This document shows, in pieces, positions 27,063 to 35,963 of a stretch of DNA of 64,000 nucleotides. Numbering within the stretch: the stretch's first letter is position 1; every line of letters begins with the position of its first letter. The translations under genes and the position numbers were made by a program. The notes under the pieces were generated by a model. The model was not told where the DNA came from. It was given only the letters and a program-made list of their open reading frames with translations, and did not search any database. Source of the DNA: Ruminococcus sp. UBA7013 (lineage in GTDB: Bacteria; Bacillota; Clostridia; Oscillospirales; Ruminococcaceae); assembly GCA_002449585.1 (NCBI GenBank), contig DJXD01000053.1, positions 63,781 through 127,780 of the forward strand, given 5' to 3'.

Positions 27063-28109
27063 TCAGTCAATGACCGAACCGCCGTACTGATTGATTAATT
27101 CCTCCAGTGTGCTGTGCATTCCACAGACAGGAATGCTAAGTTTCCAAATATTATCTTCTTCTCTGTAAATTTCCGCAATAATGGCGGCAGTATGCTCCGG
27201 TCGGAATCTCATGCCGGAAATTCGGAACGTCAATGCAGGTTTCTCCTGCTGTGTGATGGTAAAATGACAATCTGATAATTCTGTCATATTCTGTTTTGCT
27301 GCGGTGCTGATGGTGACTGTGAAAATCAGCCGCCGGATTTCTTCAGGCAAAGTCCGTAATTTCAGACGGAAAACCGTCAAAGTTTCAGAGGGATTAATTG
27401 TCAGCTGAATTTCATTTTCCGGGGAATTGAGATGATTATAGAAAATAATATAATTTTCATCCGGAAGCATTTTATTCTGCTTGACACAGAAACAGGTCAC
27501 ATCAAAAGAACGTTCTTCTGTAAATGCAACAGAAAAATCAATCTCTTTGCTGACAGTAAAATAATCTTTCAGGGTACAAAGCAGGCTTTCAGAAGCCTCT
27601 TTCTTTTTGGGAATCATAGAAAGAATTTTCTTTTCTTTTTTCTTATCAATCGGATGACAGAATGTTGCAATTTCCCGGAGAATAATGCTTAATTTTTCAT
27701 CATCTGGATTGGATGCAATGGCAAAATGACCAATGTATAAATTTCGATAATACATCATTCTGCCAATGTAACAAATGGCATTTTCCTCCCAATCTGCTTT
27801 TGTTTGAAGCATATAGGAATTTCTGTCAACAATTTTGAGACAATGATATAGATCAATGGCTTTCCATCCGTTTTTTTGAAAATTAGTCAGAGCAGTATCA
27901 GAAAGTACATCTGTGAGTCTTTTTATGCATTCTGTTGCGTCATAGGCAATATTCATTTTTTCCTGGAGATATGTCTGCAATGCTGGAAAAAGAATATGTA
28001 ATGCATCTACAACGGCTTGATGATTAGGGGGTAATACAGTTTCTCTCAGAGATTTCTTGCGTGGTTTTGGGGAGCTGTCTTCCGCTTCAGGAGTGTTCTG
28101 TGGGGGCAT
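27063..28109 (-). CDS. Fusion protein: HEPN-like (Rx5H) N-terminal domain + TerD-like C-terminal domain
   Basis: The start at 28109 (MPPQNT) has an AGGCGG RBS. Residues about 80-130 read GWKAIDLYHCLKIVDRN...GRMMYYRNLYIGH, and the RNLYIGH motif maps to nt 27746-27726. The C-terminal roughly 145 aa aligns by eye to TerD (FDVT..IIFYNHLNS..LPEEIRRLIFTVTI..AAIIAEIYREEDNIWKL..LINQYGG) but lacks the GDN.TG.GDGDDE calcium loop. Confidence 0.6.
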   Translation of the reverse strand: MPPQNTPEAEDSSPKPRKKSLRETVLPPNHQAVVDALHILFPALQTYLQEKMNIAYDATECIKRLTDVLSDTALTNFQKNGWKAIDLYHCLKIVDRNSYMLQTKADWEENAICYIGRMMYYRNLYIGHFAIASNPDDEKLSIILREIATFCHPIDKKKEKKILSMIPKKKEASESLLCTLKDYFTVSKEIDFSVAFTEERSFDVTCFCVKQNKMLPDENYIIFYNHLNSPENEIQLTINPSETLTVFRLKLRTLPEEIRRLIFTVTISTAAKQNMTELSDCHFTITQQEKPALTFRISGMRFRPEHTAAIIAEIYREEDNIWKLSIPVCGMHSTLEELINQYGGSVID

Positions 28110-28189
28110 GTTTTTTCCGCCTTTCTTGTGTAAATTTATGAGAATATTATAACACATATGCGTTATTTTGTCAATAGCAGATATTTCTC

Positions 28190-28218
28190 TTGATTTTTCT
28201 GCCGGTTTATGCTATAAT
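28190..28218 (+). promoter_or_regulatory. Promoter of the aldo/keto reductase gene
   Basis: TTGATT (28190-28195), a 17-nt spacer, TATAAT (28213-28218). This supports the internal ATG at 28256 as the true start. Confidence 0.55.
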
Positions 28219-28255
28219 AAAATCAGATTTTGTTAGAAAGGAAGGATTGATAATT

Positions 28256-29173
28256 ATGAGAGCCGTTGTCGGTACAAATTCATGGGGCAGTGCCCTATAT
28301 GGGAAAATTCTCCGGGGATCTGCTGTCAATGAGGAAACTTTGAAAGAAACTATTGATCAGGCTGTTAAAAAAAATTTGCTGGTGTTTGATACTGCTCAAG
28401 ATTATGGACTTGGAAAAGGTCAAAAGCTGATCGGCAAACTTTGCCCGGAACAGATTCAAATTTCTGCAAAATTTACGCCATCTACCAAACATGGCTATGA
28501 ATTCGGACAGGTAAGAAGATCATTGCTGAAAGATTTGCAGGATTTTCATCGGCCTTATGTAGATTTTTATTGGCTGCATCTGCCGAATGAAATTGAAGAA
28601 AATCTTAGTGAAATGATTCAGCTGTATCATGAAGGGAAAATTAAGCATATCGGAGTTTCTAATTTTAATCTGGAAGAATGCCAAAAGGCAAAAAAAATTC
28701 TGGATGCAGAACAGATTCCCCTGTATGGTGTGCAGAATCACTATAGTCTGCTGGAACGAACCTGTGAGAAAAATGGCTTGCTCCGCTGGTGCAATGAGAA
28801 TGCTGTTACATTCTGGGCTTGGGCGGTTCTGGAGGAGGGTATGCTGATTCCACCTAGACAAAATGAAAAATTTACGATCATGAAATTTGTCTTTGAACAG
28901 GAACGGGATAGATTATATCCATTATATAAAGAAATGTATCTGATCGGTCAGGCGCATGGAATGACAATTGCACAGATAGCAATGTCCTATGTCGCAAGCA
29001 AGGGAATCATTCCGATTTGTGGCTGTCGAAAACCGTATCAGATTACACAGCTGGAACAGGCCGCAGAGACAATATTATCTGTATCAGAAATCCGGAGACT
29101 GGAACATATTACAAATCTGATTGATGTGAAAATTCTGCATACAGATTTATTCCGTTTTGCTGTCAGAAAATGA
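28256..29173 (+). CDS. Aldo/keto reductase family oxidoreductase
   Basis: AKR motifs (FDTAQDYG, VDFYWLH, IKHIGVSNF, QNHYSLL). Confidence 0.85.
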   Translation: MRAVVGTNSWGSALYGKILRGSAVNEETLKETIDQAVKKNLLVFDTAQDYGLGKGQKLIGKLCPEQIQISAKFTPSTKHGYEFGQVRRSLLKDLQDFHRPYVDFYWLHLPNEIEENLSEMIQLYHEGKIKHIGVSNFNLEECQKAKKILDAEQIPLYGVQNHYSLLERTCEKNGLLRWCNENAVTFWAWAVLEEGMLIPPRQNEKFTIMKFVFEQERDRLYPLYKEMYLIGQAHGMTIAQIAMSYVASKGIIPICGCRKPYQITQLEQAAETILSVSEIRRLEHITNLIDVKILHTDLFRFAVRK

Positions 29174-29191
29174 GGGAGGGGAGTTTACTAT

Positions 29192-29590
29192 ATGTCTATA
29201 CTGATAGTGTTATTTTATGTGGTTGCCATATTGCTTTTTGTCATTGCTACTAGTATCAAAAAATCCCATGAAAATAAAATGAAAACATATACTTATGAGA
29301 CAGAAGCCGTTGTATCTGATATGAAAAGATTGGGAAAATACAGTTATCCAGTATTTGAATATGAGTATCTGGGGAGACATATGCAAAAACAAAGTGCTGT
29401 GGGAACATCACCCCCGGCTTATCATGTTGGAGAAGTGATTAAGATCCGTGTAAATCCAGATAATCCGGAGCAATATGTGACAACGGACGCAAAAGCACAA
29501 AAGCTTGCCTGCGGAATTTTGTATATAATGGCAATTGTTTTTTTCGTTGTAACTACATTTACTGCGGTTGCATTCTCTAAAATAGCATGA
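29192..29590 (+). CDS. DUF3592-like membrane protein (paralog 1)
   Basis: An N-terminal TM, a beta-rich domain (TYTYETEAVVSD...YPVFEYEY..H.Q.Q...G....YHVGE.IKI.VNP.NPEQYV) and a C-terminal TM. About 65% identical to ORF 30581-31030. Confidence 0.6.
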   Translation: MSILIVLFYVVAILLFVIATSIKKSHENKMKTYTYETEAVVSDMKRLGKYSYPVFEYEYLGRHMQKQSAVGTSPPAYHVGEVIKIRVNPDNPEQYVTTDAKAQKLACGILYIMAIVFFVVTTFTAVAFSKIA

Positions 29591-30549
29591 GCAGAAAATA
29601 TAAGCATAAAGTAAAAAAATTATCTGATACAGAACGTCTAAGAAGACAGGAAGCACGAAAAAAACGAAAAGAAAGAAAAAAATTGGAACAGATCCGATCT
29701 GACAGGGAAATCCGATTTGGCTGTATTCTAGGAATTCTAGGCTTTGTATTATTTTTCTGGCTGGCGGCTTATCATAGCACGATCTGGATAATTTATTTCT
29801 GTCTGCTGATGGGAATTTATGTCACACTCAAAGATAAGAGCGGCATCAGGAATTTTCTGTTCCGGAATTATCCAGATACATTTCCATGGGCAGACAGTTT
29901 GAAAGCACAGGATTCCCGAAAAATCTTTTCTATGGAATTAGCCACAACATTGAGAGGATATGTATTTATTCTGTTGTTTGCTGATCTGAAACCGGCATTT
30001 CTTTGGTCAGTGATCTGGATCATCTGCATGGGGATTGGCTTCTATTATGCTATCTTTGATTATGAAATCTATCGTTTGGATGAAAAAAATTCTTCTATGA
30101 TAGCCCTGATCATATCTCCTGTGCTTCTGGCTTTTTTCACAGGAGTGATGAATAATGTCCGCTGGTCAAAGATGATTATTATTTTTCAGCTGATTGGCTT
30201 TATTTTGATGCTGATTCTTGCCATGATCCGCAGTCAAGCTGATCTGACAAATTCTTTTCTGACAGCATTCTTTTTCGGATGTTTTCTATGTACGGGGTTT
30301 TTCCTGATTAATCAGAATTTTGATTTTTCAGAGCCTGTAACTCATGCATGTATTGTTGTTAAGAAAGAATATCATTCAGGAAAATATTCTTATCATGATA
30401 TTAATATTACAGATTGGAATGATTCAGATGATGTTGTTACTGTAAAGATCTCTAAAACACAGTATGATGCTGTTAAAATAGGTGATACGGTAAACATCAC
30501 AGTATATCCGGGTGCATTACATGCAGAACATTATCAGCTGCATATTTAG
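29587..30549 (+). CDS. Polytopic membrane protein with a basic N-terminus and a small C-terminal beta-rich domain
   Basis: ATGA overlap with the upstream gene, a Lys/Arg-rich N-terminus, at least 6 hydrophobic helices, and a C-terminus reading ..VVKKEYHSGKYSYHDINITDW..VKIGDTVNITVYPG. No family was recognised. Confidence 0.55.
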   Translation: MSRKYKHKVKKLSDTERLRRQEARKKRKERKKLEQIRSDREIRFGCILGILGFVLFFWLAAYHSTIWIIYFCLLMGIYVTLKDKSGIRNFLFRNYPDTFPWADSLKAQDSRKIFSMELATTLRGYVFILLFADLKPAFLWSVIWIICMGIGFYYAIFDYEIYRLDEKNSSMIALIISPVLLAFFTGVMNNVRWSKMIIIFQLIGFILMLILAMIRSQADLTNSFLTAFFFGCFLCTGFFLINQNFDFSEPVTHACIVVKKEYHSGKYSYHDINITDWNDSDDVVTVKISKTQYDAVKIGDTVNITVYPGALHAEHYQLHI

Positions 30550-30580
30550 ATATCTGTATTTGATCGGAGGAGATACTACT

Positions 30581-31030
30581 ATGTGGACAATTCTGCTATC
30601 TATACTTTTTTTTGTGAGTTGGTTGGTCGCAATACCTATTGCGATTGCTATATGGATTAAAAAATCACATGAAAAGAAATTAGAGACTTATACTTATGAG
30701 ACAGAAGCAATCATATCTGATTTTGTTAAAAAAGATAAATATTATTTTCCAGTATTTGAATATGATTATTGGGGGCGGCATATTCAAAAGCAGAGTAATA
30801 TTGGTTTAAGTTCGCAGACCTATCATGTTGGGGATTCGATGAAAATTAAGGTAAATCCTGAAAATCCGGAACAGTATGTGATACAAGATGATAAATTAGT
30901 CAAATTTGGTTATAGTGTTAATTTGGGAATCGCTGGCTTTATTTGGTTCAGTTTGATGCTTCCTTTTATAATAATCGTACTGTTTGAATTATTAGATGAA
31001 TTAGAAGCAATATTATTAAATCGGGGATAA
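30581..31030 (+). CDS. DUF3592-like membrane protein (paralog 2)
   Basis: GGAGGAG RBS before the ATG at 30581 and the same architecture as 29192-29590. Confidence 0.6.
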   Translation: MWTILLSILFFVSWLVAIPIAIAIWIKKSHEKKLETYTYETEAIISDFVKKDKYYFPVFEYDYWGRHIQKQSNIGLSSQTYHVGDSMKIKVNPENPEQYVIQDDKLVKFGYSVNLGIAGFIWFSLMLPFIIIVLFELLDELEAILLNRG

Positions 31031-31064
31031 TGCAATCATTATGTATTAAATAGGAGGTATTTTT

Positions 31065-32144
31065 ATGATTTCTCAATATCCACATCTGATTGACCTGAAT
31101 GATTATTCCGTAAAATTCTGGAATAAATTATTGACACAGGCAGAGGATATTATTAAAAATCCGGCTCTTTATGCAAACAGCTGTAACGGGAAAATCATGG
31201 GGACATTATTCTATGAACCCTCTACCCGGACACAGATGTCTTTTCAAACGGCCATGCTTCGACTTGGGGGGACAATCATCGGCTTTGATAATCCAATGAC
31301 TTCCTCTGTATCCAAAGGGGAAAATCTCAAAGATACAACTAAAATCATCAGTGGTTATTCTGATGTTCTTGTGATGCGACATCCTGTTATGGGTGCGGCA
31401 AAAGCGGCCGCCCTGACGGCAGATTGTCCCGTGATCAATGCCGGGGATGGTGGTCATCTGCATCCGACACAAACTCTTACAGATTTATTGACCCTCAAAA
31501 TGGAAAAGGGGACACTGGAAAATCTGACAATCGGATTATGCGGAGATCTGCTGAATGGCCGGACGGTGCATTCTCTTTGCAAAGCGATGAGCTGTTATAA
31601 AAATAATAAATTTATCATGATTTCTACACAAAAGCTTGCTATGCCGGATTATATCAAAGATATTATTATTTCTAACGGCTGTGCATTTGAGGAAATCCCC
31701 AGTCTGGAGGAAGCCATTCCTCAGCTGGATATGCTTTATATGACAAGAATCCAGAGAGAACGCTTTGATTCGCAAGAAGAGTATCTTGCTCAGAAAGATA
31801 CTTATATTTTGACTGTTGAAAAAATGAAGCTTGCCCGGCCGGATATGATTGTCATGCATCCGCTTCCCCGTGTGGATGAAATTGAAATTGCTGTGGATGA
31901 TGATCCCAGAGCTTTATATTTCAAACAGGCAAGATATGGCATGTATATCAGAATGGCCTTGATCTGGATTCTGCTCCAAACGGAAGAAAAGCCAGAGCTT
32001 TTAAAAGGGGAACTGCATCCGGATCTGATCTGCAAAAATCCGAAATGCATTATTCATCAGGAAAAATATTTGCCAAAAAGCTTTATCCAAACCGGGGAAC
32101 ATGCTTTTCAATGTGAATATTGTGATGAAAAATCAGAATTCTGA
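31065..32144 (+). CDS. pyrB: Aspartate carbamoyltransferase catalytic chain with a fused C-terminal PyrI-type zinc domain
   Basis: ATCase motifs (FYEPSTRTQMSF, HPTQ, HPLPRV) through about residue 305. A further roughly 50 aa then carry CxxC...CxxC (ICKNPKCIIHQE...FQCEYCDEK), like the PyrI C-terminal metal-binding domain. Confidence 0.88.
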   Translation: MISQYPHLIDLNDYSVKFWNKLLTQAEDIIKNPALYANSCNGKIMGTLFYEPSTRTQMSFQTAMLRLGGTIIGFDNPMTSSVSKGENLKDTTKIISGYSDVLVMRHPVMGAAKAAALTADCPVINAGDGGHLHPTQTLTDLLTLKMEKGTLENLTIGLCGDLLNGRTVHSLCKAMSCYKNNKFIMISTQKLAMPDYIKDIIISNGCAFEEIPSLEEAIPQLDMLYMTRIQRERFDSQEEYLAQKDTYILTVEKMKLARPDMIVMHPLPRVDEIEIAVDDDPRALYFKQARYGMYIRMALIWILLQTEEKPELLKGELHPDLICKNPKCIIHQEKYLPKSFIQTGEHAFQCEYCDEKSEF

Positions 32145-32259
32145 GCACTCAACCTCCGGTAGAATTTAAGTAATATCGGCATTTTTAAAACTCAACTGCT
32201 GGTATGTTTACATTCTGCCGGATTTGTGATAGAATCATACTCGAAAGGAGGGGTTCTCC

Positions 32260-32916
32260 GTGGATCAGCAGAAGATCGGAAAATTCATAGCTTCATGCAG
32301 AAAAGAAAAGCATCTGACACAGGCGGCACTTGCGGAACAGCTCGGCATTACAGACAGAGCCGTTTCCAAATGGGAAACAGGGAAAAATATGCCTGATGTT
32401 TCTATCATGCTGGAACTCTGTGAAGTATTAGAAATCAATATCAACGAACTTCTGAGCGGGGAACGACTGAGTATGAAAGATTATCAGAAAATGGCAGAGG
32501 AAAATTTAATCCGTTTACAGGAACAGGAAGAAATCAACAATAAAAAGCTTCTGCATCTGGAAATTGTGATAGGCCTGATCAGCACCGTATTTTATTTATT
32601 GACTATGTTCGCATTGGCAGGCGATAAAATAGCGGAAGGGAAAAAGCACATTCCTCTTGATGAGATGGAAGGCTGGAAAATCGGAGTTTCGATTATCAGC
32701 ACAATTATTTTCATGACTAGTATTTTTTATTGTGTGAGATTAGAGCATGATACAGGTTATTATGAATGCCCGCACTGCAAAAAAGTTTATGTTCCAACGA
32801 TGAAGGCAGTTTTCCTTGCTCCGCATATCGGATTTAGCAGAAAAATGCGCTGTCCTTACTGCGATCAGAAGGGCTATCATAAGAAAGTACTTTTTACAGA
32901 TCATAAAGCAAATTAA
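32260..32916 (+). CDS. XRE-family HTH protein with TM helices and a C-terminal zinc-ribbon
   Basis: GTG start after a GGAGGGG RBS. HTH_3 motif (LTQAALAEQLGITDRAVSKWETG), two hydrophobic helices, and CPHC...CPYC. Confidence 0.75.
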   Translation: MDQQKIGKFIASCRKEKHLTQAALAEQLGITDRAVSKWETGKNMPDVSIMLELCEVLEININELLSGERLSMKDYQKMAEENLIRLQEQEEINNKKLLHLEIVIGLISTVFYLLTMFALAGDKIAEGKKHIPLDEMEGWKIGVSIISTIIFMTSIFYCVRLEHDTGYYECPHCKKVYVPTMKAVFLAPHIGFSRKMRCPYCDQKGYHKKVLFTDHKAN

Positions 32917-32939
32917 AATTAAGAAAGGTAATTTTTAAT

Positions 32940-33566
32940 ATGAATCATCAAGATTATATCATTCGTCCAGAAAATGCAGAAGATTATAGAAAAGTAGAAG
33001 CTCTCGTCAGAGAATCATTCTGGAATATTTATCGGCCGGGGTGCTATGAACATTATATAATTCATGTACTCCGGAATGATCCGGCCTTTGTGAAACAACT
33101 TGATTTTGTTATGGAAAAAGATGGCGTTCTCATTGGACAGAATATGTTTATGAAAACCATGATCAAAGCTGATGATAACAGAGAAATTGATGTTCTGACA
33201 ATGGGGCCTATCTGCATTACACCTGAACTGCAACGCAAAGGATATGGAAAAATTCTTCTGGATTATTCCCTGGAAAAAGCACAGATGCTCGGCTTCGGAG
33301 CAGTCCTTTTTGAAGGCAATATTGATTTCTATGGAAAAAGTGGCTTTGATTATTCCAGTAAATTCGGCATCAAATACCATGATCTGCCAGATGATGCAGA
33401 TGCTTCATTCTTTCTGTGCAAAGAATTGATTCCCGGATATTTGGACGGCATTACAGGGATTTATCTGACCCCGCAGGGCTATTATGTCGATGATGCCGAT
33501 GTTGATGCATTTGATCAGAATTTTCCGCCAAAAGAAAAAAAGAAACTGCCCGGCCAGCTGTTCTGA
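32940..33566 (+). CDS. GNAT family N-acetyltransferase
   Basis: Acetyl-CoA motif (ITPELQRKGYGKILL). Confidence 0.75.
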   Translation: MNHQDYIIRPENAEDYRKVEALVRESFWNIYRPGCYEHYIIHVLRNDPAFVKQLDFVMEKDGVLIGQNMFMKTMIKADDNREIDVLTMGPICITPELQRKGYGKILLDYSLEKAQMLGFGAVLFEGNIDFYGKSGFDYSSKFGIKYHDLPDDADASFFLCKELIPGYLDGITGIYLTPQGYYVDDADVDAFDQNFPPKEKKKLPGQLF

Positions 33567-33661
33567 TTAAATTAAGCCCTCAAAATGAAAAATATCCATT
33601 GACAGCAGGACAAAAACATGTTATGATATATAATATAATTAAGTAAAAAAGGAGAAATAAA

Positions 33662-35200
33662 ATGTCACATCAGTTAATCATTGTCCTTGATTTCGGCGGT
33701 CAATATAATCAGCTCATTGCCCGGCGTGTGCGTGAATGCGGTGTCTACTGCGAAGTCAAAAGCTATAAAACCCCTATTGAAGAATTAAAAGCTTTGAATC
33801 CCAAAGGAATCATTTTCACGGGAGGGCCTAACAGTGTCTATGATGAAGCATCCCCCCATATCACAAAAGATATTTTTGATCTGAATATTCCTATTCTGGG
33901 GATCTGCTACGGTGCACAGCTCATGGCCTACACCCTCGGCGGTGAAGTATCCGCCTGCCAAACTTCTGAATATGGAAAAACAGATACCCATTATGATCAT
34001 TCCAGCATTCTGTTTGGCGGTATTCATCTGCCCGAAACAGCACAGTCATGGATGAGCCATACTGATTATGTTTCCCGTGTGCCAGATGGCTTCAGAATCA
34101 CCGCACATACAGAAAATTGCCCGGCGGCCGCTTTCGAAAATGCTGAAAAGAAACTCTATGCAGTACAGTTTCATCCGGAAGTCAATCATACATTTGCAGG
34201 TACAGGCATGATTGATAGCTTTGTCAAATGCGTCTGCGGATGTATCGGAGATTGGACAATGGCAGGCTATGCCAAAACAGCAATTCAAAATATTCGTGAA
34301 AAAGTCGGTGATGGTAAAGTATTATTAGCATTATCCGGCGGAGTGGATAGCTCTGTTGCGGCGGCATTATTGGCCAAAGCCGTCGGCAGTCAGCTGACAT
34401 GTATTTTTGTAGATCATGGATTCATGCGCAAGAATGAGGGCGATGAAGTAGAAGCCGCTTTTAAAAATTCCGGTATGCAGTTCATTCGTGTGAATGCAAA
34501 AGAACAATTTATGAAAAAGCTCCGTGGTGTCTCTGATCCGGAAACCAAACGCAAAGCCATTGGAGAGGAATTTATCAGAGTATTCGAGCAGGAAGCCAAA
34601 AAAATCGGCAAAGTGGATTATCTGGTACAGGGAACAATCTATCCGGATGTGATCGAGAGCGGTCTAGGTGATGCCGCCGTGATCAAATCACATCATAATG
34701 TCGGTGGTCTGCCTGATTATGTCGATTTCAAAGAAATTATTGAACCTCTTCGGATGCTGTTCAAAGATGAAGTCAGAAAATTAGGGACAGAATTGGGTCT
34801 TGATCCGGTGCTTGTCTGGAGACAGCCATTTCCGGGGCCTGGTTTAGCGATCCGCATTATTGGGGAAATCACAGATGAAAAACTTGAGATCTTACAGGAT
34901 GCAGATTTCATTTTCCGGGAAGAAATCGCCAAAGCGGCTCTTGACAGGGAAATCAATCAATATTTTGCCGTATTGACAAATATGAGATCTGTAGGGGTTA
35001 TGGGCGATGCAAGAACATATGATTATACTATTGCACTCCGTGCGGTCACTACGAATGATTTCATGACGGCCGATTTCGCTAAGATCCCTTATGAAGTGCT
35101 TGCTGTCGCAGCTCACAGAATCGTGAATGAAGTCAAGAACATCAACAGAATTGTCTATGATATTACAACAAAGCCCCCGGCTACAATTGAATGGGAATAA
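33662..35200 (+). CDS. guaA: GMP synthase (glutamine-hydrolysing)
   Basis: GATase-1 domain ([14 protein letters not shown]), PP-loop SGGVDSS, and the conserved C-terminal dimerisation domain ending ..PPATIEWE. Confidence 0.95.
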   Translation: MSHQLIIVLDFGGQYNQLIARRVRECGVYCEVKSYKTPIEELKALNPKGIIFTGGPNSVYDEASPHITKDIFDLNIPILGICYGAQLMAYTLGGEVSACQTSEYGKTDTHYDHSSILFGGIHLPETAQSWMSHTDYVSRVPDGFRITAHTENCPAAAFENAEKKLYAVQFHPEVNHTFAGTGMIDSFVKCVCGCIGDWTMAGYAKTAIQNIREKVGDGKVLLALSGGVDSSVAAALLAKAVGSQLTCIFVDHGFMRKNEGDEVEAAFKNSGMQFIRVNAKEQFMKKLRGVSDPETKRKAIGEEFIRVFEQEAKKIGKVDYLVQGTIYPDVIESGLGDAAVIKSHHNVGGLPDYVDFKEIIEPLRMLFKDEVRKLGTELGLDPVLVWRQPFPGPGLAIRIIGEITDEKLEILQDADFIFREEIAKAALDREINQYFAVLTNMRSVGVMGDARTYDYTIALRAVTTNDFMTADFAKIPYEVLAVAAHRIVNEVKNINRIVYDITTKPPATIEWE

Positions 35201-35304
35201 AATAAATTGATAGCTAATTATTAATAATCACTATTTGACAAAATCAGAATTTTGTGCTATACTAATATGTTAGAAACAATATCAGCATGAAAGGATGATA
35301 ATTT

Positions 35305-35817
35305 TTGAAACATGAAAAACTCCGCTTTCTGGCATTGACTGGAATGCTCACGGCATTGACAACTGTCGCAACGCTTGTGATTCGTATTCCTACCCCCACA
35401 AAAGGCTATATCAATTTAGGGGATACGATCGTGAATTTGTCTGCATGGATACTCGGCGGCGGATATGGTGCGGCGGCGGCTGGAATTGGCTCAGCATTGG
35501 CAGATCTGATTTCGGGTTATGCGATATTTGTGCCGGCTACGCTGATTATCAAGGCGATTATGGCATTTGCGGCCTTTCAGATATTTACGGCATTAAGCAA
35601 GAAATGGCATGAACTGCCTTCCCGGATTTTTGCGGCGATTGTTTCCGAAATCATCATGATTCTGGGTTATGCGATATTTGAGGGCTTTTTATACGGATCA
35701 CTGACGACAGCTATTTTATCTGTATCGGGCAATCTGGTGCAGGGTATCTTTGGGGTTGGTGCATCTGTGGCACTGTATGAATTAATTATCAAGAGAGTGC
35801 CGAAATTTTCGAAATAA
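35305..35817 (+). CDS. ECF transporter substrate-specific (S) component
   Basis: About 170 aa with 5-6 TM helices and an N-terminal pattern (LTALTTVATLVIRIP..GYINLGD) typical of ECF S components. The substrate is unknown. Confidence 0.65.
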   Translation: MKHEKLRFLALTGMLTALTTVATLVIRIPTPTKGYINLGDTIVNLSAWILGGGYGAAAAGIGSALADLISGYAIFVPATLIIKAIMAFAAFQIFTALSKKWHELPSRIFAAIVSEIIMILGYAIFEGFLYGSLTTAILSVSGNLVQGIFGVGASVALYELIIKRVPKFSK

Positions 35818-35826
35818 AAAATCTGC

Positions 35827-35855
35827 TCCCGGTGCGAATGCGCCGGGATTTTTTT
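35827..35855 (+). terminator. Rho-independent terminator
   Basis: Stem tcccggtgc/gcgccggga followed by T7. Confidence 0.7.
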
Positions 35856-35963
35856 ATGAATAAATTGTAAATTTTAGCTGAAAAGTATTTTTTTTTATAA
35901 TTATGTTATAATAGATATATAGATTGTGAAAGCAGGTAAGCGTAATAAAGAGGAGGTAATATT

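Noticed and set aside
32260-33566. The adjacent XRE-HTH and GNAT genes as a possible GNAT-toxin/antitoxin (TacT/AtaT-like) pair.
   Set aside because: The HTH protein is 218 aa with TM helices and a zinc-ribbon, so it is not a small antitoxin. The GNAT protein looks like an ordinary YhbS-like acetyltransferase. The genes are separated by 23 nt with their own RBSs, and the order and sizes do not fit known GNAT TA modules.
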